From Macrostomum hystrix (Eukaryota; Animalia; Platyhelminthes), in NCBI GenBank assembly GCA_950097015.1, contig CATNEN010000041.1, positions 2,852,001 to 2,916,000 on the forward strand: a stretch of 64,000 nt of DNA. Direction: 5' to 3'. Position 1 is the first letter of the stretch, and each line of letters starts with the position of its first letter. The notes under the pieces are model-generated. The model did not search any database and was not told where the DNA came from. It saw nothing but the letters and a program-made list of their open reading frames with translations. Of this stretch, positions 63,446-64,000 are shown in pieces. A program made the position numbers and the translations under genes.

Positions 63446-64000
63446 GAATTTAAGGCATAACAGCATTTCAGATTAAATCCCGAGCCATGGCCCCATGGGC
63501 AGCTGGGCGGCTGCTCCGTGGCAGGTTTGAGCAAAAGCTGCTCACCCATTTCGCAAAGTCGCTATCGAGCCTCATCATCCTCCGGCCTGAGTTCTCCTTG
63601 CCATTGGGACATTGGGCTGAGATTGCGATCTGGCAGCTGCTGGCTAGTTTAAAAAACTGAAAATGGGAGGTGCGGGAGACGGGGGCAGGGGAGCACAGCT
63701 GGGATCACAGGCCTTGGGAAATTCGGTGAGGCGGAGAGGGAAAGAAGATGGGAGTTGATTTGGGATTTGACACGAACCCGCATCGGGAACTCTGAGGGGG
63801 CGGGGCTGAATGCGCACGCCTCGTCCCAAATCCCAAATGGGATACAGATCCCCAGATCCCCGGTTTTCCCATCTGTCTCAGGAGCAGGAGTTGCCCCATT
63901 CACCTTGCCTTTCCTTCGTGACTCGCGCAGACTCGCAAATTATAAGAAACAGCTCTCTGCAGCGTCTCATTTCCGAGCAGGGGAGAGCCTTGCTTGGGTA

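Overview
Eukaryotic (metazoan) genomic DNA with GT-AG introns, no prokaryotic features. I assembled gene models by hand from splice sites and reading-frame phase. (1) 3' part of an ABCA-subfamily transporter (+, <1-11873; 12 exons, the last two not recognisable as ABCA in the ORF track). (2) An inverted, exon-precise orphan copy of one ABCA exon (-, 13823-14119). (3) A SEC23IP/DDHD-family gene (+, 16986-20769) whose lipase motifs are degenerate. (4) A nervy/RUNX1T1 (MTG/ETO) co-repressor (-, 22987-28665; 9 exons, about 524 aa). (5) A laminin alpha-3/5-type chain (+, 30076-55398; 48 exons, about 3640 aa, all phases consistent). (6) A two-exon 58-aa membrane microprotein candidate absent as such from the ORF track (+, 57124-59469). 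(7) An intronless EF-hand protein (+, 61335-61754) with an 82-bp exact partial copy upstream. The dominant non-coding feature is about 48 distinct tandem arrays (4-55 bp units). Most longer introns carry their own private minisatellite. Several arrays start at the 5' splice site and re-create it dozens of times; others multiply branch-point/acceptor motifs. Many unrelated units share ATCCC/GGGAT or GGAACT cores. Most long low-complexity ORFs in the track are artefacts of these arrays. The style suggests a free-living flatworm such as Macrostomum, but that is inference only; no database search was possible.
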